From: Candidatus Micrarchaeota archaeon
GTDB taxonomy: Archaea; Micrarchaeota; Micrarchaeia; Anstonellales; Bilamarchaeaceae
Direction of reading: 5' to 3'
NCBI GenBank assembly: GCA_040758595.1
Contig: JBFLVJ010000002.1
Location: 38,504-102,503, forward strand
DNA: 64,000 bases
A program made the translations under genes and the position numbers. The notes under the pieces were generated by a model. It did not search any database, was not told where the DNA came from, and saw nothing but the letters and a program-made list of their open reading frames with translations. Below, piece after piece: positions 55,943-64,000 of this stretch (position 1 is the first letter of the stretch; the number at the start of each line of letters is the position of its first letter).

Positions 55943-58762
55943 ATGTACGATCACAGGAAAGTGGAGCAGGAGGTCTTGGCCTTCTGGGAGAAGCACGGCA
56001 TATACGGCAAGGCCAAGAAGAAGAATTCGGGCAGCGAGACGTTCTATTTCTGCGACGGCCCGCCCTACGCCACCGGCCAGATACACCCGGGCACCGGTTG
56101 GAACAAGACCATAAAGGACGCCGTCTGCCGCTACCAGAGGATGTGCGGGAAAGACGTGCGCGTCCAGGCCGGCTACGACACCCACGGCCTGCCGATAGAG
56201 GTCAAGGTGGAGCAGGAATTGAAGTTCACCAACAAGAACGACATCGAGAGATACGGCATCGGCAAGTTCGTGGACAAGTGCAAGTCCTTCGCCACCAAGT
56301 ACGTGGGCGTCATGGGCAAGCAGTTCCAGTCCCTGGGCGTCTGGATGGATTTCGACCGCCCCTACATAACATACCATGACGATTACATCAACTCCTCATG
56401 GAAGACATTGAAGATGGCCCACGAGAGGGAACTGCTCCACGAGGGCATCTACGTCCTCCCCTACTGCTACCGCTGCGAGACCACCATGGCCAACTACGAG
56501 CTTGAGTACGACGACGAGAACGACCCCAGCATCTACGTGAAGTTCAAGGTCAAGGACAAGGACGAATACCTGATAGTCTGGACCACCACTCCCTGGACAC
56601 TCGTCTCGAACATGGGCGTGATGGCCCACCCGACGTTCCCCTACGTGAAGGCCAAGGTGGATGGCGAAGTGTGGATACTCGCCAAGGACCGCCTGGAGCA
56701 CCTGATGGGGCTCCTTGGCAAGAGCGCGACTGTCGTCGAGGAGCTGCCAGGGAGGAAGCTCAACGGCATAGAATACCTCCATCCGTTCCAGGACAAGATA
56801 CACAAGTTCTACGGCCGCAAGGTGGTCCTCAGCGACGAGTTCGTGACGCTCGAAGAGGGCACCGGCCTGGTGCACACCGCTCCGGGCCACGGGCCTGCCG
56901 ACTTCATAATCGGGAAGCGCTTCGGCATCGAGGCGTTCTGCCCGGTCGATGGCAAGGGGTGCTACACCGAGGATGCAGGAGAGCTCAAGGGCAAGAACGT
57001 GCGCGAGGCGAATCCGGACGTGATAGAGATACTCGAGGACAACGGCTCGCTGATTTACGAGGCGCGCATCCGCCACCGCTATCCGCACTGCTGGCGCTGC
57101 AAGACGCCCCTCATATTCCTGACAACCAACCAGTGGTTCATCAGCATCTCCAAGGTCAAGGACCAGATGCTCAGCGAGATAGACAAGACCGAGTGGCACC
57201 CTGATTTCGCCAAGGTACGCTTCAAGGAGTTCGTCTCGAACGCCCCGGACTGGTGCATCTCCAGGCAGCGCTATTGGGGGATCCCCCTTCCAATATGGAA
57301 GTGCTCCTGCGGCAAGGTCAAGGTCGTAGGATCCAGGGATGAACTGCCTCCGGTCAAGGAGCTCCACCGCCCCTACATGGACGAAATCGAGCTCGACTGC
57401 GAGTGCGGCAAGACGATGGAGCGGGTCCCGGACGTGATGGACGTCTGGTTCGACTCGGGCAACGCCATCTGGGCCCCTCTGAGCCCTGAGGAATCCAAGA
57501 CCTTCGGCGAGAGGGCTGACCTCATCATAGAAGGCCAGGACCAGATAAGGGGATGGTTCTATTCTCTGCTAGGGTCCGGCGTTGTCCGCTACGGGGCATG
57601 CCCATACAAGAAACTGCTCATGCACGGCTTTTTCGTGGACGAGAAAGGGGAGAAGATGAGCAAGTCGCTGGGCAACTTCGTCCCGCTCGAGGAGATACTC
57701 GATAAATACGGTGCGGACACATTCCGCCTCTGGGGGGCTAACAACACCGTCTGGGAGGAGCTGAAATTCAGCTGGGAGGAATTGAAGAAGGCTACGTCCG
57801 ACCTGAACATCGTATTCAACATGATAGTGTTCCTGGAGCGCTTCTATCCAGAGAAGAAGCTGGAGATGCCCCAATTGACCAAGGTGGATGAATGGATGGT
57901 GAGCCGGCTCAATTCCACGATAAAGGAGTTCCGCGGCTCTTTCGACTCATATGAGATACACCGGGCGGTCAAGGCGCTCCGCTCCTTCATCGTGGAGGAC
58001 GTGAGCCGCTTCTACATGAAGATAGCCAAGGACCGCATCTCCAACGATGAGAGCGCCGAGGCGGCTCTCTGGACGATCTACACGGTCATGTTCGAGTCTT
58101 TGAAGATGCTCGGATGCTTCTCGCCGATGATAAGCGAGCACCTCTACCAGAGGTTCTTCAAGAGGTTCGAGAACGAGGAGTCCATCTTCCTGCTGAGGCT
58201 CCCCCAGCCCGACGAGGGCAGGATAAACGTCATCTATGAGAAGCAGATGGAGGGGATAGAGGAGCTGGTCTCGGTCGCCCTCCTCGCGAGGCAGACCGCA
58301 GGCATAAAGGTGCGCTGGCCGATAAGGACCATATACGTGGAGAGCAAATCGACCGAGGTCGGGGATGCCGTCAGGGCGTTCGGCGATATAGTCCTTGACC
58401 TGGTCAACGCCAAAGAGATCAGGATGGCCGAGAATCCCGCCGGCGAACTGGCCGAACAGCCATTCACCCAGGGCAAGCTATACATCGACAAGAAGATAGA
58501 CGAATCGCTCTATGAGGAAGGCGTCCTCAACGAGGTCAAGCGCCGCATCCAGATGATGCGGAAAGAGGCCGGCCTCGTGGAATCCGATCCGATCTCCATT
58601 ACGATAGAGACCGAGAAAGAGCTCGAGGGCATACTGAAGAAGCAGGAGAAACCCCTCTCAGAAGCCGTCAACGCCTCATCGGTGTCCTACGGCGCCGAGA
58701 AAGAGATGAATGAATACAAGATAGACGGAAGGCTCGTCAGGATAGCGCTGAAGAAGGGCTGA
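55943..58762 (+). CDS. ileS: Isoleucyl-tRNA synthetase
   Basis: DGPPYATG, WTTTPWTL, GTGLVHTAPGHG, WCISRQRYWG, KMSKS. Confidence 0.97.
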   Translation: MYDHRKVEQEVLAFWEKHGIYGKAKKKNSGSETFYFCDGPPYATGQIHPGTGWNKTIKDAVCRYQRMCGKDVRVQAGYDTHGLPIEVKVEQELKFTNKNDIERYGIGKFVDKCKSFATKYVGVMGKQFQSLGVWMDFDRPYITYHDDYINSSWKTLKMAHERELLHEGIYVLPYCYRCETTMANYELEYDDENDPSIYVKFKVKDKDEYLIVWTTTPWTLVSNMGVMAHPTFPYVKAKVDGEVWILAKDRLEHLMGLLGKSATVVEELPGRKLNGIEYLHPFQDKIHKFYGRKVVLSDEFVTLEEGTGLVHTAPGHGPADFIIGKRFGIEAFCPVDGKGCYTEDAGELKGKNVREANPDVIEILEDNGSLIYEARIRHRYPHCWRCKTPLIFLTTNQWFISISKVKDQMLSEIDKTEWHPDFAKVRFKEFVSNAPDWCISRQRYWGIPLPIWKCSCGKVKVVGSRDELPPVKELHRPYMDEIELDCECGKTMERVPDVMDVWFDSGNAIWAPLSPEESKTFGERADLIIEGQDQIRGWFYSLLGSGVVRYGACPYKKLLMHGFFVDEKGEKMSKSLGNFVPLEEILDKYGADTFRLWGANNTVWEELKFSWEELKKATSDLNIVFNMIVFLERFYPEKKLEMPQLTKVDEWMVSRLNSTIKEFRGSFDSYEIHRAVKALRSFIVEDVSRFYMKIAKDRISNDESAEAALWTIYTVMFESLKMLGCFSPMISEHLYQRFFKRFENEESIFLLRLPQPDEGRINVIYEKQMEGIEELVSVALLARQTAGIKVRWPIRTIYVESKSTEVGDAVRAFGDIVLDLVNAKEIRMAENPAGELAEQPFTQGKLYIDKKIDESLYEEGVLNEVKRRIQMMRKEAGLVESDPISITIETEKELEGILKKQEKPLSEAVNASSVSYGAEKEMNEYKIDGRLVRIALKKG

Positions 58763-58766
58763 TAGT

Positions 58767-58964
58767 TCAGTTAGCGCTCTTGAACATGCTCCTCTTGTTT
58801 ATATCGGTCCAGCAGCTCTTGCAGATGTACCTGTGGTCCACCTTCTTCCTTTTGGAGCTCTTGACGCAGCTGTTGCAGGTCCTGCGCTCGCAGTAGTCGC
58901 ATTTGACGAGCTTCGCTGTCTGGGTGCCGCATCTTCCGCATGTCTCTATAGCCATAAATATCAC
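58767..58964 (-). CDS. Small Cys-rich zinc-finger protein
   Basis: Four CxxC pairs in 65 aa. Confidence 0.7.
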   Translation of the reverse strand: MIFMAIETCGRCGTQTAKLVKCDYCERRTCNSCVKSSKRKKVDHRYICKSCWTDINKRSMFKSAN

Positions 58965-59040
58965 TCATTTTAGTCGTTGAGAATCGTATCCAGTATAGAT
59001 AGGGAAAGCTATTTAATAGGTATTCCGGGAATGCTATCCC

Positions 59041-59571
59041 ATGAAAGGGCAGGCCGCAGCGAGGAGAATCCCACCTCCAGCCCGCTTCCTGAAAGGACAG
59101 GCGGCGGTCGAATACCTGACTACCTACGGGTGGGCCATCCTGGCGCTTGTGATAGTGCTGGGCTTGCTGGTCTCCACCGGGGTGTTCTCCCCCAGCTATC
59201 TGGTCTCAGAGGAGTGCAGCTTCGGCAACAACCTCAAATGCGACGTGGCCTTCTTCAACCAGGCCGGCGCGACCCACATGAACATACGTTTCTTCAACGG
59301 CTTCCCCTACAAGGTCATGATAAAGGACCTGGAGCTCCAGGGCTCGGACGGCACGGCCCTCACGGGCTTCGCCAATGACGTGGAGCTCGAGAGCGGTGCG
59401 TCCTATACCTACGAGGCCGAGGTGGTCGGCCCACAGGTGCCCGTCGAGACGCTCAAGAGGTTCACGGGCAATCTGACCTATGTCTCCTGCGCCCCTGAGC
59501 TGGGCCCTTCCTGCAGCACTGTGGGGCATACCCTCTCCGGCAGGGTCAGCGCGAGGGTCATAGCCGAGTAG
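59041..59571 (+). CDS. Class III signal peptide (archaeal pilin-like) protein
   Basis: KGQAAVEYLTTYGWAILALVIV. Confidence 0.8.
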   Translation: MKGQAAARRIPPPARFLKGQAAVEYLTTYGWAILALVIVLGLLVSTGVFSPSYLVSEECSFGNNLKCDVAFFNQAGATHMNIRFFNGFPYKVMIKDLELQGSDGTALTGFANDVELESGASYTYEAEVVGPQVPVETLKRFTGNLTYVSCAPELGPSCSTVGHTLSGRVSARVIAE

Positions 59572-61893
59572 CTATGCATTCACAGAGAATTCGCCTTCAA
59601 CGATCTCCACTTCCTTGACGCGGCTGATGCTCTTCAGCTCCTCCACGAGTTCCGGATCCAGCCCGCCTTTGAGGCTGAGCCGCACCCTCTCCAGCTCGGC
59701 GTTCTGGGGCAGCTTGTTCCTGGATTTATGCTGCCTCAGCTGGCTGATTATCTCGTTGAGCACCGAGACCTTCTCCACGTCATCCTTGTGCTCCTCGCCC
59801 GCCATGGGCCAGGGCTGGCAATGGACGCTCTCCTTGCCATCGAAGAGGTTTTGGTACACCTCCTCGCTGATATGCGGGGTTATCGGGGCCAGCAGCTTCA
59901 GGGATTCCTCGAGCACCTTGTTCAACGTGGCAAGAGCCGCATCCTTCTTCGGGTGGTCCTCGTATGCCCTGTACTTTACATATTCTAGGTAGTTGTCGCA
60001 GAAGTCGTGCCAGAAGAAATCATGGAGCGCTTTCATGGCCTGGTGATACTCATAGGCATCCATGCTCTCTGTGCAGAGCTTTATGGTGCTGCTCAGCCTG
60101 CCCAGGATCCACCTATCCACCATCGTGGGTTCAGTGTTTTGGGTTTTGGGTTTGCCCAGGGTCTCGACGAACCTGGCGGCGTTCCAGACCTTGGTCAGGA
60201 AGCTCTTGGAGAATTTTATATCCTCGAAGCTGAAGGGCCTGTCCTTGGCCATCGCCCCGCTCAGGGCCGCCCACTGCCTGATGGCATCCGTGGGATAGTC
60301 CTTGAGCAGGTCGCTCGGGGAGATGATGTTCCCAAGGCTCTTGCTCATCTTCTTCCCGTCAGGGGCGAGCACGTTGCCGTTGAGCAGTATCTCCTTGAAA
60401 GGCGGCATCTTGGTGAGCGCCCCGCTCCGGTAGACCGTGTAGAACGCCCAGGTGCGCACTATCTCCACTCCCTGGGGCCTCAGCGAAACAGGATAGAATC
60501 TCTTCATCCTCTCCATGTCCGGCCATCCTGATATTATGAGCGGGGTGATGCTCGAATCCACCCAGCAGTCGCAGGTGCTGCTTTCGGCGATCATCTGCTT
60601 GCCGCACTTGCAGGCCTTGCCTTTCGCCTTCTCGGGGTAGAACGGCAGCTCGTCGTCATCAGCTGGCGCGGTCTCCCCGCACTCGCAATAGTAGAATGGC
60701 AAAGGCGTCCCGAAGACGCGCTGCCGTGAGATGACCCAGTCCCATTCGGCCCCTTCCACCCAGTCTATCAGGTAGGTGATGCCGAAGTCAGGTATCCACT
60801 TTATCTTCTGGGCCATGGATTTTATCGTCTGGCCGGTGGATTTGATGTCTGCGAACCATTGGAGGGATGGGATGAGCTCGACCGGCCTCTTGCACCGATC
60901 GTGCACCTTGACCGTCTGCCTTATCTGCGTCTTCTTTATGACGTTGTCCTCCAGCTCCTCGAGTATCTTCTTCTTGGCGTCCTCGACTTTGAGGCCGTCC
61001 AAAGAGCCGGAATTGATCATCTTGCCGTGCTGGTCTATGGCTTCATATAGCGGGAGCTTGTGCCGATTCTTCCATACGACATCCATCTTGTCGCCGAAGG
61101 TGCAGACCATCACGAGCCCGCTGCCGAACTCCTTGTCCACGTCCTTGTCGGCGAAAGCCGGGACCTCTTTCCCGAGCGGGGTGCGAACGCTCTTGCCGGA
61201 GAGGCTCTTGTACCGCTCATCCTCAGGGTTGTATAGCACCGCCTCGCAGGCATGAAGCATCTCGGGCCTTGTCGTCGCGATTATCAGATCTTCCCCGTCC
61301 GGGCCGGAGAACCTCAGGTGGTTCAATGTCCCGTCCTTTTCCTCGTCGTCTAATTCGGCCTTGGCTACTGCGGAGACGCACCTGGGGCACCAATAGACTG
61401 GGTATTTGTCTCGGTATATGAGTTTGTCCCCGTACATCTTTATGAGCGATAATTGGACCTTCCTGTGGTACTCCGGATCCATCGTCCGGTATTCGTATCT
61501 CCAGTCCGGGCTGAAGCCCATCTCCACCATCTGGCTTTTCATCCTGGCGATGAACTCTTTCGTCCATTCCACGCATTTCTGCCTGAACTGCGGAGGGGGG
61601 AGCCTGCCGTATTTCTTTTCCACCTTCACCTCGGTGGGGAATCCCTGGGTGTCCCAGCCCTGGGGGTAGTAGACGTTGTAGCCCCGCATGCGCTTGTACC
61701 TGGCGGCGAAGTCGAAATAGCTGTATGAGAGGACATGGCCCATGTGCAGCTCCCCGCTAGTAAAAGGCGGTGGAGTGTCTATGGAGTAGATGGGCCTGAT
61801 GGTGTCGTTCTCGTCGAACCTGTAGGTGCCGCTCTCCCCCCACTGTTCCTGCCATTTCTGCTCTATGGCTCTCTCGTAGCGTTGCTGGAGCAT
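59572..61893 (-). CDS. valS: Valyl-tRNA synthetase
   Basis: IDTPPPFTSGELHMGH, ATTRPE, WVISRQR, KMSKS. Confidence 0.96.
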   Translation of the reverse strand: MLQQRYERAIEQKWQEQWGESGTYRFDENDTIRPIYSIDTPPPFTSGELHMGHVLSYSYFDFAARYKRMRGYNVYYPQGWDTQGFPTEVKVEKKYGRLPPPQFRQKCVEWTKEFIARMKSQMVEMGFSPDWRYEYRTMDPEYHRKVQLSLIKMYGDKLIYRDKYPVYWCPRCVSAVAKAELDDEEKDGTLNHLRFSGPDGEDLIIATTRPEMLHACEAVLYNPEDERYKSLSGKSVRTPLGKEVPAFADKDVDKEFGSGLVMVCTFGDKMDVVWKNRHKLPLYEAIDQHGKMINSGSLDGLKVEDAKKKILEELEDNVIKKTQIRQTVKVHDRCKRPVELIPSLQWFADIKSTGQTIKSMAQKIKWIPDFGITYLIDWVEGAEWDWVISRQRVFGTPLPFYYCECGETAPADDDELPFYPEKAKGKACKCGKQMIAESSTCDCWVDSSITPLIISGWPDMERMKRFYPVSLRPQGVEIVRTWAFYTVYRSGALTKMPPFKEILLNGNVLAPDGKKMSKSLGNIISPSDLLKDYPTDAIRQWAALSGAMAKDRPFSFEDIKFSKSFLTKVWNAARFVETLGKPKTQNTEPTMVDRWILGRLSSTIKLCTESMDAYEYHQAMKALHDFFWHDFCDNYLEYVKYRAYEDHPKKDAALATLNKVLEESLKLLAPITPHISEEVYQNLFDGKESVHCQPWPMAGEEHKDDVEKVSVLNEIISQLRQHKSRNKLPQNAELERVRLSLKGGLDPELVEELKSISRVKEVEIVEGEFSVNA

Positions 61894-61939
61894 AAGAATC
61901 AGAATAAGATTGCTGAGAGGTTTTTAAAAAAAGAGGAGT

Positions 61940-62926
61940 TCAGGCCACGGCCTGCTTGAGCCTCACCGGCCTGACGTTGTTGAGCCTGCCGTAGGCGTAC
62001 ATCTCGGCTGCCGCGCTGATGGCGACGATTGTGCTCTCGTTGCCCTCGATGCCCATGTCGACGAAGTCTTCAGCTTTCTTCTGGCTGCCGTAGAAGGCGG
62101 CCAACTGGGCGAACGCTTCCTTGTATTCCGTCTGGTCCCCGCTCTTCTTGGCGTCCTTGAGCCTCTTGTTGAGCTCGTTGACCATGAGGATGGACGCCTG
62201 GGTCAGCTGCTGTATCGTCCTGTCCCTTTCGATGGACATGGCGCCGCTTGGGCTCAAGTCCGCGTCTTTGGGCTTGGCCGCGCCGAAGACGACGTTCATG
62301 GAGTAGCCCATCTCGAGGGCCGCCCTGAGCATGTCCCCCATCTGGGTCTCGTTGAGGCCCTTGGAAGCGATTTCGAGCACCTTCTTCTGGTTCTCCAAAG
62401 AAGTGCCTGTCTTGAGCCTTGCCAGCTCGTTCGCAGCCGCGAGGCCGAGGCCCAGCGCAGCGTTCCGTTCTGCCGTCTTCTCCTCTTTGGCATATCTGTT
62501 CGCTTGCTGTCCCGAGGTCTCGAGATATTTCTGGAGGTAGATCTTGCTGATTATGTCTGTGACGTGGTCTTTCTGCTCCTTGGTGAAGTCCCTGAGCAGT
62601 TCCTTTACTTTGGTCAGCCTGTCGGCATTTATCAAAGGCTTGCCGTTCTGGTCGAGGCCGACATAGCCGCCAAGGGCATCCAAGACCCGGGTCAGCGACA
62701 GCGGGGTCTTATTGAATGCTTTAACCGTGCTCAGGTCTCCTTTAGGCTCCGGGAGCTTGAATCCCAAATCCGGAGGCGGGGATGACGTTTTAGCGTAGCC
62801 TTGGAGCGCTGCTTGGATAGCGGGTTTTGCTATTTCGACTGCTTTATTGTGAGTATCTTGCGCATCCTTTTGCCGAATTACTGTGGCATCAGCTCTCGCG
62901 TCCGATTCTTCTTGTCCGAATGGCAT
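61940..62926 (-). CDS. Hypothetical helical protein
   Basis: 328-aa ORF; no family recognised. Confidence 0.65.
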   Translation of the reverse strand: MPFGQEESDARADATVIRQKDAQDTHNKAVEIAKPAIQAALQGYAKTSSPPPDLGFKLPEPKGDLSTVKAFNKTPLSLTRVLDALGGYVGLDQNGKPLINADRLTKVKELLRDFTKEQKDHVTDIISKIYLQKYLETSGQQANRYAKEEKTAERNAALGLGLAAANELARLKTGTSLENQKKVLEIASKGLNETQMGDMLRAALEMGYSMNVVFGAAKPKDADLSPSGAMSIERDRTIQQLTQASILMVNELNKRLKDAKKSGDQTEYKEAFAQLAAFYGSQKKAEDFVDMGIEGNESTIVAISAAAEMYAYGRLNNVRPVRLKQAVA

Positions 62927-62965
62927 AGAATAAGATTAGAAAAAGAGAGAATAAAACTGTTCTGT

Positions 62966-63643
62966 TTAGTACTCCGTAGAAGCGACTGCGCCCACCTTTG
63001 GTTTAGGATCATAAAGAATTGCCTTTGCACCAAAGACCTGGCGTTTCTTTGAATAGTACGACGCACCGTACGCTAGTTGCCCTCCTTTGTATTGGCCTAT
63101 AACCTTGCCATTGGCATCGAGCGGGATAGCATAAACATTAATTACTCGCTCACCATTTTGAGCAGAGTCAAACTCGAAAAACAATCTGGCACTTTTTGGT
63201 TCCTGACCAGATACCTGTTTTACGAGGTCAACAAATGACCTAAGGTCAAAGCCAGCATACACCTGGGTTGTATCTGTAGCGCTTTTTGAATATCTAAAGT
63301 TAATGGTGCTGCTTCCATCGTCCTTTCTACCTAATCCTATGGATACGTGCAGACCTTCTTTTGGCACATTAAGCACCGAAGCCACAGCACCGTTGCTAGC
63401 GTATGGCTTGCTCTTCTTATCTAGGTTATTGATGGTATCGCTGAGCGTGAGTTTGTAGACTTTCTGCCCGTTTATCGTCACGGGCGTGGTCGCTTTGGCC
63501 TCCCTGCCAAAGAACGACATCGGAGAAACAGCCAAAGCTCCGCCGAGCAAGGCGGCTCCAGCCACTTTGAAGAAGCCCCTCCTCGAGGTGCCTCTTTCGT
63601 CAGGCCCCTCGGGCCCCCTTAGAACGTGATCCATCCTTTTCAT
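62966..63643 (-). CDS. Tat-signal exported protein
   Basis: GGAGG before ATG at 63643; SRRGFFK twin-arginine motif and AKA cleavage site; AT-richer mature region. Confidence 0.7.
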   Translation of the reverse strand: MKRMDHVLRGPEGPDERGTSRRGFFKVAGAALLGGALAVSPMSFFGREAKATTPVTINGQKVYKLTLSDTINNLDKKSKPYASNGAVASVLNVPKEGLHVSIGLGRKDDGSSTINFRYSKSATDTTQVYAGFDLRSFVDLVKQVSGQEPKSARLFFEFDSAQNGERVINVYAIPLDANGKVIGQYKGGQLAYGASYYSKKRQVFGAKAILYDPKPKVGAVASTEY

Positions 63644-63761
63644 ATCCTCCACCCCAATATTATTACCACGGAACTTATTAAAAACACAGCCCATCGGGCT
63701 GTTTTTTGTTGAAATCCATCCTCTTCTCCAGGTTTTTATAGAAAAATGAAAAAAATATAAA

Positions 63762-63998
63762 TCAGCGCTTTTCCTGAGCGAACAGAGGCGCCAGCAGCTG
63801 CTGTATCTTGGCGGCTATCTCCTTGGCGGTCCTGTCCCTGCTGCGGTGTCCCTGCGGCGGGAAGAGGGCCACTTTCTTGCCTTCCTCCTCATTCACCCTC
63901 AGCATGTGGATGTTCGCCTGCTTGTTCTCGATCACATACAGGAGATGGGCCTTTATGGCGTTGTTCATATTGTCCCTGTTGTTCTCGAAGACCTTCTT
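63762..63998 (-). CDS. Hypothetical protein, 5'-truncated by window edge
   Basis: Frame open to the window end (KKVFENNRDNMNNAIK...EKR*). Confidence 0.55.
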   Translation of the reverse strand, partial: KKVFENNRDNMNNAIKAHLLYVIENKQANIHMLRVNEEEGKKVALFPPQGHRSRDRTAKEIAAKIQQLLAPLFAQEKR

Positions 63999-64000
63999 GA

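Noticed and set aside
56080..56100. IleRS HIGH motif variant HPGT
   Set aside because: Archaeal IleRS commonly has HxGT here; not unusual enough to claim.

Overview
Archaeal chromosomal window, GC-rich by eye. It is most likely DPANN/Micrarchaeota-like; this is an inference from PolD DP2, RFC-S, Nop5, uL16/L10e, archaeal-type PEP carboxylase, cupin PGI, archaeal TPI and intron-containing tRNAs. It is mostly housekeeping: six aminoacyl-tRNA synthetases (Cys, Gly, Ala, His, Ile, Val), purN, hisG, an AmmeMemoRadiSam trio, ppcA/malic enzyme/fumarase-aspartase genes, two KaiC/RAD55-like ATPases and many membrane or surface proteins. Six minus-strand tRNA genes are present; five carry introns, one of them two. 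No rRNA, CRISPR array or transposase was seen. The most unusual items are: (1) a LAGLIDADG intein at the DP2 catalytic motif ending in Ile-Arg instead of His-Asn/Gln; (2) an AbrB-like/radical SAM/small CxxC protein island between hisG and hisS, whose small gene is interrupted by a ~250-nt hairpin-packed element with IS200/IS605-like ends; (3) an archaeal GGDEF protein with Asn at the guanine-selecting Asp position; (4) related palindromic modules inside tRNA introns and nested-hairpin elements beside tRNA 3' ends; (5) a dispersed degenerate 7-mer repeat (GAAACCC-like) forming intergenic inverted arrays and in-frame insertions in housekeeping genes. All calls come from manual motif reading; no database searches or folding programs were run.
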